64,000 nucleotides of DNA from Gemmatimonadales bacterium. GTDB taxonomy: Bacteria > Gemmatimonadota > Gemmatimonadetes > Gemmatimonadales > GWC2-71-9. This document shows, piece after piece, positions 48,752 to 58,547 of the stretch (the first letter of the stretch is position 1; each line of letters starts with the position of its first letter). Below the pieces are notes generated by a model. It did no database searches and was not told the origin of the DNA. It saw only the letters and a list, made by a program, of their open reading frames with translations. The DNA is taken from assembly GCA_041577295.1 (NCBI GenBank), contig JBFGJG010000015.1:15873-79872 (forward strand). The letters are read 5' to 3'. The translations under genes were made by a program, and so were the position numbers.

Positions 48752-50356
48752 ATGGGAAAACAGTCTCCGTCTCACGATACGATCGTCACCGATGTCGCCA
48801 TCGTCGGAGCTGGCGTCGCCGGCCTCTACACTGCATGGCGGCTCTTGCAGGACGAGCCGAAACGATCGATCCACATCCTGGAACGGTTACCGCGAACGGG
48901 CGGCCGGCTCGAGACCGATCATGTCCTGATCGATGGAGCGCGCGTCAAGACGGAGGAAGGCGGTATGCGTTTCATGGATTCGCAGGTAGAGTTGATGGCG
49001 TTGCTCGAGCAGCTTGATCTCAAGAAGGACATCGTTCCCTTCCCCATGGGAGACGACCACAACCTGTACTACCTGCGCGGCACGCGCTTCACGCTGGGGG
49101 ACGCCAAGAGGGATCCCGCCATCTGGAGCAGGTTGTACTCATTGAACGAAAGTGCCAAAGGCATCCAGCCCGGCAAGGTTCTCCAAGATCTGCTGAACGC
49201 GATACTCGAGGAAAACCACATCGATCCGAAGCGTTGGAAGCCCACGCCGGATGAGTGGACGAACTTTCGCATGAAGTACACCTACAAAGGGATTCCCACC
49301 TACAAGTGGGGATTCTGGGCCATGCTCACCGACTTTGGCCTGAGTCCCGATTGCATCGAGATGCTGTACCAGTCGAGCGGGTTCATCGCGCCGTACGATC
49401 AGGAGGTCAACGCCGGCTGTGCGTTGCAGCTGCTGGTCGACTTCGTCCACCCCAAGTTCCACACCCTGGGCCCTGGCTACCACGCCTTGCCGGACAAGCT
49501 CGGCGAGGAAATCACGCAGAAGGGAGCGGTCATTCATCTCGAGCATCAGGTGGTGACCATGGAGGAAAGGGATGGCCGGCTGATGGTCGTGACCCGGGGG
49601 CCAGAAGAGAAGGTCACGCGTTTCCTCGCGACCGACGTGATCTTCGCGGTCACCCAGCTCGCGCTCAGGGAGCTGATCCCCTTCGTCCCAATGTTCCGGG
49701 ACCAGACCTTCATGGCAGACGTCGATTCGTTGACCGACATGGAACTGGGGAAGATCAACCTGTACTACGACCACAACTGGTGGACGCCCAAGACCGGCAT
49801 CCAGAGCGGCGGATCATACACCGACCTACCCATGGCCCAGTTCTACTGCTTTTCGCATCCCAAGGGGAATGATCCCAATGGGCCCGCTTCCATCACGCTC
49901 TACACCGATTACTACCGAACCGAGTACTGGGCCCAACTCCAGGAGCTCGGCGAGCCATACGAAGTGCCCAACGGACCAACTGTGCCCGCGTGGTCCGAGC
50001 GCGCCTCCACCTTCGTGGTGGAACAGGCGACGAGGCAGATGAAGGAGATGTTCGGATTAGGCGAGATTCCGGCACCGCTCGTCGCGACGTATCGCCGCTG
50101 GGGTGTGCCGTCCGCTGGGGACGGCGATCACCAGTGGCGGATTGGCGTCAACGACGTGGAGGTCAGGTCCCGCATGGCCAACCCGTTCCCCCACGTCTAC
50201 ACGTGTGGTGAGAGTTACTCCGACGATCAGGCGTGGGTGAACGGCGCCTTACGATCGGTCGATCAGATGTTGCCGCTGATCGGCAAGAAACGCCAGGTCA
50301 AGTTTTCCCTGCTCGTTTCGGATAAAACGGAGGCATCGCACTCGGATCTTCCTTGA
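48752..50356 (+). CDS. Flavin amine/L-amino-acid oxidase family protein
   Basis: GAGVAG, ERLPRTGGRL, EEGGMRF, GESYS..QAWVNGAL. Confidence 0.88.
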   Translation: MGKQSPSHDTIVTDVAIVGAGVAGLYTAWRLLQDEPKRSIHILERLPRTGGRLETDHVLIDGARVKTEEGGMRFMDSQVELMALLEQLDLKKDIVPFPMGDDHNLYYLRGTRFTLGDAKRDPAIWSRLYSLNESAKGIQPGKVLQDLLNAILEENHIDPKRWKPTPDEWTNFRMKYTYKGIPTYKWGFWAMLTDFGLSPDCIEMLYQSSGFIAPYDQEVNAGCALQLLVDFVHPKFHTLGPGYHALPDKLGEEITQKGAVIHLEHQVVTMEERDGRLMVVTRGPEEKVTRFLATDVIFAVTQLALRELIPFVPMFRDQTFMADVDSLTDMELGKINLYYDHNWWTPKTGIQSGGSYTDLPMAQFYCFSHPKGNDPNGPASITLYTDYYRTEYWAQLQELGEPYEVPNGPTVPAWSERASTFVVEQATRQMKEMFGLGEIPAPLVATYRRWGVPSAGDGDHQWRIGVNDVEVRSRMANPFPHVYTCGESYSDDQAWVNGALRSVDQMLPLIGKKRQVKFSLLVSDKTEASHSDLP

Positions 50357-52067
50357 CCACGATCACCTGCGGCTTGCCTTCTTGTCCTCCGCGGATCGCC
50401 GACTCTAGGGCCTCTTCGAGATCCGACGGTGAACGGACGAGGTACGCGGCGGCGCCGAGACCCTCGGCCACCTTGACGAGGTCGGGATTTCCTAGCTTGT
50501 AGTAGTCCTTCCAAGCTGGGTCGGGGAACAGGTAGTTCATTCCCTGCGCCACCATGTTGAGGTCGTCCTCGCTCCACACGAGCCAGATCGCCCCCGCTGA
50601 GTACTGCGCCGCGGTCGACACCTCCATGCCGTGCATCATGAAGCTGCCGTCGCCTCCAATGCAGAGACACGTCGCGTCCGGTGCCGCGAGCTTCCCCCCC
50701 ACCACCGCCGCGGTGCCATAACCCATCGCGCCCACATCGAGAGTTGCATGAACCTGAGTAGGAGGATCGATCTCGAGATAGTGCGCAGTCCAGCCGCAGC
50801 TGTTCCCGGCATCCGGGAAGATGTGGCTCCCCGGGGGCAGCATGTCGCTCACGATCGCCATCGCCCGCTCGGGACGGATGGGTGTCGCATCCGACTCCCG
50901 CGCTTTGGGGTCTGCATAGGGTGAATAGTTCTCCTTCATCCATTCGAGGTACGCAAGCCGCTCGGCTTTGGCCTCCACGTCCATCGGCAAGTCGAGTGCA
51001 AACAGCCCATCGAGAAATGCTCCAATCTCCGCCATCACTCCCATGGTGATCGGCATCGAGCGACCGATGACGCCCGGGCTGGCATCCACCTGAACGAACG
51101 CACCGTCCGGCACCATCTTCGGGTCCCAGATGTTGGTCGCGAAATCTCCCATGCTCGAACCCAGCACCAAGAGGAAATCGTAAGGCGCCGCATGCTTGGC
51201 GTTTTTGGGAGGAGTGTAATAGAGGCCCGGCCACTGGCATGGGGGATGGCCGCAGCTTCTGAGCGCCAGCAGGTGACTCTCGGGAAAGAGCCCTTTCGCA
51301 TCCGCTGTGGTGCCCACCGGAACTCCGAGTCGCTCCACGAAGGCGAGAAACTCGGCCAAACGATGGGAGAGCGGCACGCGACTTCCGGTACCGAGCAGAA
51401 TCATCGGGCGTTTCGCGGCCACCAGCAGCTCGCCCACGCGCTGCACGTCCGCTGGCGCTGCCGAATCGATCGAGGAACGGTAAAGACTCGTCTTCGTGGG
51501 AAACCTGACGTCGGTCAGCGTCGCGCCCGTGATGTCGCGCGGCAAACTCAGGTGAACCGCCTGACCGGGGATCCCCTGTGCATCACGCAGCGCCTGGCGG
51601 AGCAGCACGTCAAAGTCTGGCGCCGCGTTCACCTCCACGCTGTAGCGCACCGCGCTCTTGTACACCTGCCGGACGTCGAGTGTGAGATCCACTCCCTCCT
51701 GCTCCCACCCCAGGCCATCCTTCGCCTGCGGCTGTTCCCCGGTCAGCACCATCATGGAGGAGAAGCTCGCCTCGGCGTTCATCGCCCCGGTCAACGCATT
51801 GGTGGCTCCGGGCCCAGAGGTCACGAGCACGACACCCATCCGTCTGCTGACCCGGTGGTATCCATCGGCCATGAACCCAGCGCCGGTTTCGTGCTTGCAA
51901 ATGACGTAGGTCATCGACTCGCGATCGTTCTTCAGCGCCTCGAGGAGGTCGACGAATGACGCACCTGGAATGCCGAACAGGTGATCGACGCCCTCCAGTT
52001 TGAGATACTTGATCAGCAAATCGGGAACGGTGATGCGAGGGATGATCGTGTACGGACTGGTAGTCAC
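50298..52067 (-). CDS. ThDP-dependent enzyme, acetolactate synthase-like
   Basis: FGIPG, KHETGAGFMA, TSGPGATN, GAMG, GDGSF. Confidence 0.92.
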   Translation of the reverse strand: MTTSPYTIIPRITVPDLLIKYLKLEGVDHLFGIPGASFVDLLEALKNDRESMTYVICKHETGAGFMADGYHRVSRRMGVVLVTSGPGATNALTGAMNAEASFSSMMVLTGEQPQAKDGLGWEQEGVDLTLDVRQVYKSAVRYSVEVNAAPDFDVLLRQALRDAQGIPGQAVHLSLPRDITGATLTDVRFPTKTSLYRSSIDSAAPADVQRVGELLVAAKRPMILLGTGSRVPLSHRLAEFLAFVERLGVPVGTTADAKGLFPESHLLALRSCGHPPCQWPGLYYTPPKNAKHAAPYDFLLVLGSSMGDFATNIWDPKMVPDGAFVQVDASPGVIGRSMPITMGVMAEIGAFLDGLFALDLPMDVEAKAERLAYLEWMKENYSPYADPKARESDATPIRPERAMAIVSDMLPPGSHIFPDAGNSCGWTAHYLEIDPPTQVHATLDVGAMGYGTAAVVGGKLAAPDATCLCIGGDGSFMMHGMEVSTAAQYSAGAIWLVWSEDDLNMVAQGMNYLFPDPAWKDYYKLGNPDLVKVAEGLGAAAYLVRSPSDLEEALESAIRGGQEGKPQVIVVKEDPSAMPPFYPKRAGKT

Positions 52068-52212
52068 TTCTCGTGTCCTGACGTGAGAGGGGTGAGAACT
52101 TCGCCCGCGATCAAACGGTCCGCAAGTTCCTCGCGCTTGACACTCCCTCTACCGCGGGACAATCTCGACCGGCTTTGTCGTTCACCGTGACATTTGTTCT
52201 ATGAGGTAAACC

Positions 52213-53775
52213 ATGCCGCATCGCCCGAGTCCTCGCATGATCTCCCGCCGGAGCGAGATCGCCCGCATTGGCGCACTCTCACCGGAGGCCATCCCTCACG
52301 GGCGATTCTCGCCGAAGGACGCCGCTGCGCTACAAAAGGCCATTCTCGGGACCATCGTGTTGCCGTCTTCATCCGATTACGACAAGGCCCGGCAGCTCTC
52401 GAACCCGGTCTTCCAGGCCTGGCCCGCACTCATCGTCTACTGCGAGGTCTTTGCCGATGTCTGGCACTGTCTGGCCTTCGCCCACAAGCACGGGTTACAC
52501 ATCGTCTGCCGTTCCGGAGGGCACAGCACGGCGGGGTTCTCCATCGAAACCGAAGCGATGGTGATCGACACGAGCCGTATCCGCTACGTGGCGGTCGACC
52601 CGGTGAACGGCTTTGCGCGAGTGGGTGCCGGCACTCCCTTGGGCGTTCTCAACTCGACACTGGACAGCTTCCGGCTCCACACCCCCGGCGGTGGGTGCCC
52701 CGATGTCGGGGTGGCGGGGCACATGATGGGTGGCGGGTACGGCTGGACGTCCCGGCAATACGGAATGAATTGCGACAACGTCGTCGAGGTCCTGGTGATG
52801 CTGGCAGACGGTCGCTTGGTCCGGGCCAATGCGGAGACCAACCCGGACCTCCTGTGGGCCGTGTGCGGAGGGACCGGTAACAACTTTGGCGTGCTGCTCG
52901 AGGTCACCTACCAGCTGCACGAGCTGTGGCAGGTGTGGGGTTTCGGGCTGAGCTGGGACATGAAGCACGCAGCCAAGGTGCTCGAAACCCTGCAGCGGGA
53001 CTACATGCTCGACGCCGCACCACCAGAGTTGGGCTTCCAGCTCCCCTGGATGACGCACAAGGGGCAGAAACGTCTGCTGATTCGGGGAACGTTCCACGGC
53101 TCTCGCGCCGTCGGGCTGAAGCTCGTTGAGCCGCTACTCAAGCTTCCCGGTGCCACGAAGAAGTTGGAGGTGGACCAGACCGGGAACTATTACACCCTGA
53201 ACGAGCAGCTCCTCAACGAGCCTTACCCCATTCCGGACCTTCCTCCGTCGGCACTCGAGGACAAGATCAGCGGATACCTCGGCGCCAAGCTCGATGAAGC
53301 GGCGTGGGCCGAACTGACCGCCACGTTCGAGCGGGACACCACCGGTTGGGCCACCGGCAACTTCGAGGTGTACGGTGGCGCCATCAACGCGCTGCCGATT
53401 GAGACCAACGCGTTCATTCACCGGGACGTGTATGCGAACTGGTTCCTGGATGTGTTCTACAACGACCCCGCCACGCACCAGAAGGCGGAGATCTTCATGG
53501 CGGAAATGATGAACGCTTGGCATCCCCATTTAAACGGCCACTCTAACCAGGACTATCCGCGCTGGTCACAGACGGATTATCGCTGGGCGTTTTTTGGGGA
53601 GGCGTTCAATACGTTGCTCTGGGTCAAGCAGAAGTACGATCCGGACGACTTCTTTTACTTCCCGCAGAGCATCAGCCCGTATCCAACTGGCGAAACGGGG
53701 CCGTCCGGTAGTGCATCGCTCTTCACGGACATGGAGATCGTTCCCGAGCCTAGTGCGCAGCAGATTGGCGGGTAG
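52213..53775 (+). CDS. FAD-linked oxidase, berberine-bridge-enzyme (BBE) family
   Basis: RSGGHS, GGCPDVGVAG, LLWAVCGG, C-terminal KQKYDPDDFF. Confidence 0.92.
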   Translation: MPHRPSPRMISRRSEIARIGALSPEAIPHGRFSPKDAAALQKAILGTIVLPSSSDYDKARQLSNPVFQAWPALIVYCEVFADVWHCLAFAHKHGLHIVCRSGGHSTAGFSIETEAMVIDTSRIRYVAVDPVNGFARVGAGTPLGVLNSTLDSFRLHTPGGGCPDVGVAGHMMGGGYGWTSRQYGMNCDNVVEVLVMLADGRLVRANAETNPDLLWAVCGGTGNNFGVLLEVTYQLHELWQVWGFGLSWDMKHAAKVLETLQRDYMLDAAPPELGFQLPWMTHKGQKRLLIRGTFHGSRAVGLKLVEPLLKLPGATKKLEVDQTGNYYTLNEQLLNEPYPIPDLPPSALEDKISGYLGAKLDEAAWAELTATFERDTTGWATGNFEVYGGAINALPIETNAFIHRDVYANWFLDVFYNDPATHQKAEIFMAEMMNAWHPHLNGHSNQDYPRWSQTDYRWAFFGEAFNTLLWVKQKYDPDDFFYFPQSISPYPTGETGPSGSASLFTDMEIVPEPSAQQIGG

Positions 53776-53793
53776 CTGACAAACGGCAGTGTA

Positions 53794-56439
53794 CTAACGC
53801 GCTAGCCCGGGCTCCCGGGTCCAGTGTTCGACTACGGTGATGTCGAAGGAGTTCGATGTCGAGAGCGGGCGGATCATCGCGAACCCGCGATCGTCGGGAC
53901 TGACGTCATACGTTGGATGGAAGACGAAGTTGTAGTAGATGTCCACCGGAAAGAGCGAAGCACGACTGCCAACGACGAGGATCGAGTCCCCTCGGACCTC
54001 GGCCGCCATGAGCCTCCCCCCCTGCTTGTAGAACAGCTCGCGACCGCTGCGCGACCATCGGGGCTCGGTCCCGCCACCCGAGGAAACCTGCCACTCACCG
54101 CGGCTCGTTTCCGGGAAGGGTCGGACATAGATCTCCCAGACACCTGAGCGGTTCGATACGAACGCCACCCATCTCCCATCGGGTGATATCGTGCCCGAGT
54201 GCTCGTTCACGTTGGGTGTCGCGGCAACCGCCACTTTCAGCGAATCACGCAGCCGCTGAGCGAAGATATCCAGATCGTCTACCCGTCCGGTCCGGTAGAT
54301 CAACCACGCTCCATCGCGAGACCACTCGGCTTGATTGACCGACTCGCCGAGCCCAATGCGGGGTTCGCCTGAACCATCGGCCCGACGCTGGAAGAACACT
54401 CGGGTATCACCGCGATCGGTAACGTACCCGACCGTCTGGCCGCCCGGATGCCACACCCCCCGGTAGCTAGGCTCGGCGGGGTCCAGGGTGAGCCGGGTTG
54501 CCAGACCGCCGCCGATCGGTTTGATCCACACTGCCGTCTGCTGACCCAGACTGTCGATCACCGTCACGGCCAGCTTCCTGCCATCTGGCGACCAGGCGAC
54601 CGTCTGAAAATTCTCTTGCCAATCCCGGTCCAGCACTCGGACCGTTCCGGCCCGATCGGTGATGACCAGCTCAGCACGAACCGTCGCGGCGCGCGTGCCG
54701 TACATGAGCGTCCCTCGATGCGAGACTGCCAGATCCACCGCATCGAGCTGTATCTCCAGGTTCCTGGTGATGACAACCGGTCGATCCGCCAACTCGCCGC
54801 GGCGCGGATCAAACGGCGCCGCCATCAACTCACCGCCCACGGTCACGTAGACTAGGTAACCCTCCGATGTGTACATGCCGACAAGACCACGGACCAGCGG
54901 CTGAGCAGTACGCCCAGGCTCGGCCAGCAGTGCGATCTCCCGTTGACCGCCGGCTTCGCTCGACGCGTGGGTGAAAAGCACGCCACCCCCGTCCGGCAGC
55001 TGATGCGGCCATCGCGGGTCCGTCACGTCGTCGAGGCCAATCAGGACCGTCGCAGAATCCGCCCCCTCCCGCAGGCGGACCAGACCCTTGGTCTCATCGA
55101 CATACACGATCCCTTCCCGCCCCCAGCTGGCTCCGGTGCGGCGGACGCCCGAGGGCACCAACACCGTCATCGCACCTCCTTCCAGTGCGACCGCGTGCAG
55201 CGACTGCCGTCCGACGTTGAGAAACGCGACTCGCTGGCCGTCCGGGGAGAAGAACGGCGCACCTGCTCCGTCGGTGCCTGGGATCGGTGTCGGTTCGAGC
55301 GCATTCCGTTCCTGAACCCAGAGCTGAACTCCTTGCGGGCCAGGCCCCACGAATACCAGTCGGCTGCCGTCCGGCGATAGTGCGATACGGGACGCGTAGC
55401 GCCGTTGCAGGGACTGCTGTGGCGGGAGTGCCATCCGGTACCGCAGCACCGTGTGTTCTGGTTCCGCTGGGCGCGTTAGCATCAACCATCCGGCGAGCAC
55501 CAACAGCACGGCCGCCAGCCCCAGCGCCGGGATCGCCAGCCGCTCCCGCCAGCTGCCACGAGCGCGCAGCGCCGCCACCGCTCGGGATCTCGCGGGGGTG
55601 ACAAAACCCGGATTGGCGAGCGCATCCGCAAACGCCTTGGCAGAGGGGAATCGATCGGCCGGGAGCTTCTCGAGCGCCATGCCGATGGCGGACTCGATGT
55701 TGTCGGGGACGCTTGGCCGCTCGACGCGCAGCGACGGCACCGGTTCGGCGATGATTTTGGCGAGGACCCCCTGACCCGTGGCGGCGGCAAACGGTGGGCT
55801 TCCCGACAGCATCTCGTAGAGAACGACGCCCAGAGCGTAGACGTCGGAGCGGGCGTCGAGCTCGCGTTCGCCGAGGGCCTGCTCGGGACTCATGTAGTAC
55901 GGGGTGCCCACCGACATGCCGGTCCCGGTAATTCGGGTGCCTCCCGCCACACTCACTGCCAGGGCAATTCCGAAATCCGCCACCAGCGGCCGGCCGTCGT
56001 GCAGCAAGATGTTCTCGGGCTTGATGTCGCGGTGGATGATGTTGTGGCGGTGCGCGTAGTCCAACGCATCTGCCACATCGGTCGCGATCTTCACCGCCTC
56101 CTCGATACCGAGCTGCTTCTCGCGATTCAGCTTGGCACGCAACGTCTCGCCGTCGATAAACGGCATCACGTAATAAAGGAATGAGTCCGCACGGCCCGAA
56201 TCGAACAGCGGCAGGATATGAGGGTGGTGGAGGTTCGCGGTGGTCGTGATCTCTTGCACGAAGCGCTCAGCCCCCAGCACCTCGGACAGCTCGGGCCTGA
56301 GAACCTTGACCGCCACCTTGCGCTTGTGCTTCAAATCCTCGGCGAGATAGACCGTCGCCATGCCGCCGGCGCCGAGCGGGCGTTCGATGCGGTAGCGGTC
56401 GGCGAGGGCGGCTACGAGTTGGGGCGGAATCTCACTCAT
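53794..56439 (-). CDS. Ser/Thr protein kinase with TM and TolB/PD40-like beta-propeller
   Basis: GAGGMATV, VAVK, HRDIKPEN, DFG, SPEQ; SPDG repeats. Confidence 0.95.
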   Translation of the reverse strand: MSEIPPQLVAALADRYRIERPLGAGGMATVYLAEDLKHKRKVAVKVLRPELSEVLGAERFVQEITTTANLHHPHILPLFDSGRADSFLYYVMPFIDGETLRAKLNREKQLGIEEAVKIATDVADALDYAHRHNIIHRDIKPENILLHDGRPLVADFGIALAVSVAGGTRITGTGMSVGTPYYMSPEQALGERELDARSDVYALGVVLYEMLSGSPPFAAATGQGVLAKIIAEPVPSLRVERPSVPDNIESAIGMALEKLPADRFPSAKAFADALANPGFVTPARSRAVAALRARGSWRERLAIPALGLAAVLLVLAGWLMLTRPAEPEHTVLRYRMALPPQQSLQRRYASRIALSPDGSRLVFVGPGPQGVQLWVQERNALEPTPIPGTDGAGAPFFSPDGQRVAFLNVGRQSLHAVALEGGAMTVLVPSGVRRTGASWGREGIVYVDETKGLVRLREGADSATVLIGLDDVTDPRWPHQLPDGGGVLFTHASSEAGGQREIALLAEPGRTAQPLVRGLVGMYTSEGYLVYVTVGGELMAAPFDPRRGELADRPVVITRNLEIQLDAVDLAVSHRGTLMYGTRAATVRAELVITDRAGTVRVLDRDWQENFQTVAWSPDGRKLAVTVIDSLGQQTAVWIKPIGGGLATRLTLDPAEPSYRGVWHPGGQTVGYVTDRGDTRVFFQRRADGSGEPRIGLGESVNQAEWSRDGAWLIYRTGRVDDLDIFAQRLRDSLKVAVAATPNVNEHSGTISPDGRWVAFVSNRSGVWEIYVRPFPETSRGEWQVSSGGGTEPRWSRSGRELFYKQGGRLMAAEVRGDSILVVGSRASLFPVDIYYNFVFHPTYDVSPDDRGFAMIRPLSTSNSFDITVVEHWTREPGLAR

Positions 56440-56872
56440 GAGGTGTTGGGACACGACGGTTCGTTGGCTGATTTCGCTTTGTCACCCGTCGACAACGTCG
56501 ATGGGCGCGAACGTTATCACAATGGCGGGATACGGGATAGGGAGTTTAATCGACCTCGCCAACGTACGGCCGAGATAAGGGGAACGTCCAGGGGAGGTTT
56601 TTGACGGCCCAGTCCGTGCCGGTAGGACAGGCTCGGGCTGGTGTCCGGCGGGGACTTAGGTTGGGCAACAACCGGAGCGAGACAACTCCGCTAACACCGT
56701 GCGATCCCCTGCCGACTCGGCGCCCCAGGTCCATTCCCGCAGCAACGACCATCCGTCCGACCCAGGTTGGGGCATGGGCAAGTCTTGTCTTCATAATTTT
56801 CCAACGCTATGATCTCTGGTGCCCGGCCGGACCGCTAGCCGGGTCGCCGAAGCAAGAGCTGCGTACTCGGTC

Positions 56873-56908
56873 CCCCGCGATGCCGCCAGCGTCGCGGGGT
56901 TTCGTATT
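56873..56908 (+). terminator. Leader hairpin plus T-rich tail upstream of the RCC1 gene (possible attenuator)
   Basis: 11-bp stem CCCCGCGATGC/GCGTCGCGGGG (one G-U pair), then TTTCGTATT, just before an AAGGAGG RBS. Confidence 0.45.
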
Positions 56909-56931
56909 GGGGCACTTTTAAGGAGGGTCCT

Positions 56932-58443
56932 GTGAAAGCGTCGTGGTTGACTCAATGGCCTGGGCTCGGGTGGTTGATGGTCGCGATCGCCCCTGCAACG
57001 GTCGCCTGCAATGACGAGGGGACACCAACGGGACCCTCAGAGCCAACGCAACTGGTCTTCATCGTTCAGCCGAGCCAGGCGATCGCCGGCGAGCCGATGG
57101 CGTCTGTAGTAGAGGTCGAGCTCCGGAACGCTTCAGGAGCGCGCGCGAGCACCGCGACGAATGCGATCACAGTTGCCCTTGGTGCGAACCCGGGCGGTGC
57201 CACACTCAGCGGCACGACCACCGTGAACGCCGAGCAGGGCGTCGCCAGGTTTACGGATCTTCAGATCGACAGGGGCGGCGCAGACTACACCCTGGTTGCT
57301 TCCTCAGGAAGCATATCCAGCGCCACCAGCCGAGGGTTCACCGTTGTGGTCCCGCTGACGCTGGCGACGGTGAGCGCTGGCAGCGAACACAGCTGTGGAG
57401 CGACCGCCGCCGGCGAAGCATACTGCTGGGGCCGAAACACGTTGGGCCAACTGGGTGACGGCACGACGGACGATCATTCCAACCCAGTGTCGGTCGCTGG
57501 CACGTTGACGTTTACCAGTGTGAGCGCAGGCGCCGACCATACGTGTGGACTGACGACCGCCGGGGAGGCCTACTGCTGGGGGGGAAACCTGGCCGGCAAG
57601 CTCGGCGACGGTAGCGAGACCGATCGCATCACCCCAGTGCTGGTGGACGGCGCGCTGACGTTTACCAGTGTGAGCGCAGGCTCTACGCATACTTGCGGCG
57701 TGACGGACGCCGGGGACGCTTACTGTTGGGGAGCGAACAACGCGGGGCAGCTCGGCGACGGGACAACGGACGCGCGCCTGAGCCCCGTGCTCGTGACCGG
57801 CGGGCTCGAATTCATCGCGCTGAGCACAGGGGACAGCCACACATGTGGGCTGACGACGACCGGAGACATTTATTGTTGGGGCGCGAATCAACGAGGCCAA
57901 CTTGGCGACGGGACAGCGGACGTTGACGCGCATCCGAGCCCCGCACTTGTTTCCGGCGGCTTCAGCTACACCGCCGTGAGCGCGGGGAATTCTTACACCT
58001 GTGGTGACGTGGACGGCACTCCTTACTGCTGGGGCAACAACGCCCACGGCCAGCTCGGCGACGGCAGCACGGACATGCGTACCAGCCCGGCGAACGTCGA
58101 CGTCGGCCTCAATCTGTATTCAGGCAGTGCCGGCGGAAGCCACACGTGTGGAACCTCATGGGACTGGGACCTCAATGGCCGCGCGTACTGCTGGGGAAGG
58201 AACTTCGAGGGGCAGCTAGGAGACGGGACAACGACGAACCGCGCGAGCCCAGTGCTCATCAGCGGCGAAATCAGGTTTGAGATCGTGAGCGCCGGGTTCG
58301 CCCATACATGTGGCGTGACCCCCGCTGGTGCCACTTACTGCTGGGGCGTAAACGCAGCCGGCCAGCTTGGCGATGGCACGATAACGACCCGCACGAGTCC
58401 GGTTAGGGTTCACAGCCCGGACTGGTTCCAGGGGGGTCGTTAG
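56932..58443 (+). CDS. RCC1-repeat lipoprotein with Ig-like N-terminal domain
   Basis: Lipobox-like TVAC; seven SAG..HTCG...YCWG.N..GQLGDG repeats. Confidence 0.92.
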   Translation: MKASWLTQWPGLGWLMVAIAPATVACNDEGTPTGPSEPTQLVFIVQPSQAIAGEPMASVVEVELRNASGARASTATNAITVALGANPGGATLSGTTTVNAEQGVARFTDLQIDRGGADYTLVASSGSISSATSRGFTVVVPLTLATVSAGSEHSCGATAAGEAYCWGRNTLGQLGDGTTDDHSNPVSVAGTLTFTSVSAGADHTCGLTTAGEAYCWGGNLAGKLGDGSETDRITPVLVDGALTFTSVSAGSTHTCGVTDAGDAYCWGANNAGQLGDGTTDARLSPVLVTGGLEFIALSTGDSHTCGLTTTGDIYCWGANQRGQLGDGTADVDAHPSPALVSGGFSYTAVSAGNSYTCGDVDGTPYCWGNNAHGQLGDGSTDMRTSPANVDVGLNLYSGSAGGSHTCGTSWDWDLNGRAYCWGRNFEGQLGDGTTTNRASPVLISGEIRFEIVSAGFAHTCGVTPAGATYCWGVNAAGQLGDGTITTRTSPVRVHSPDWFQGGR

Positions 58444-58547
58444 ACCGAGTACGATTGGACCGCGTGGCGGCGGGGACGAATGATTCTCACCGTCACGCGG
58501 GCAGCCGTCAGCGCAACGATGGTGCGGTACCTCGGCTGCCTACCGCA

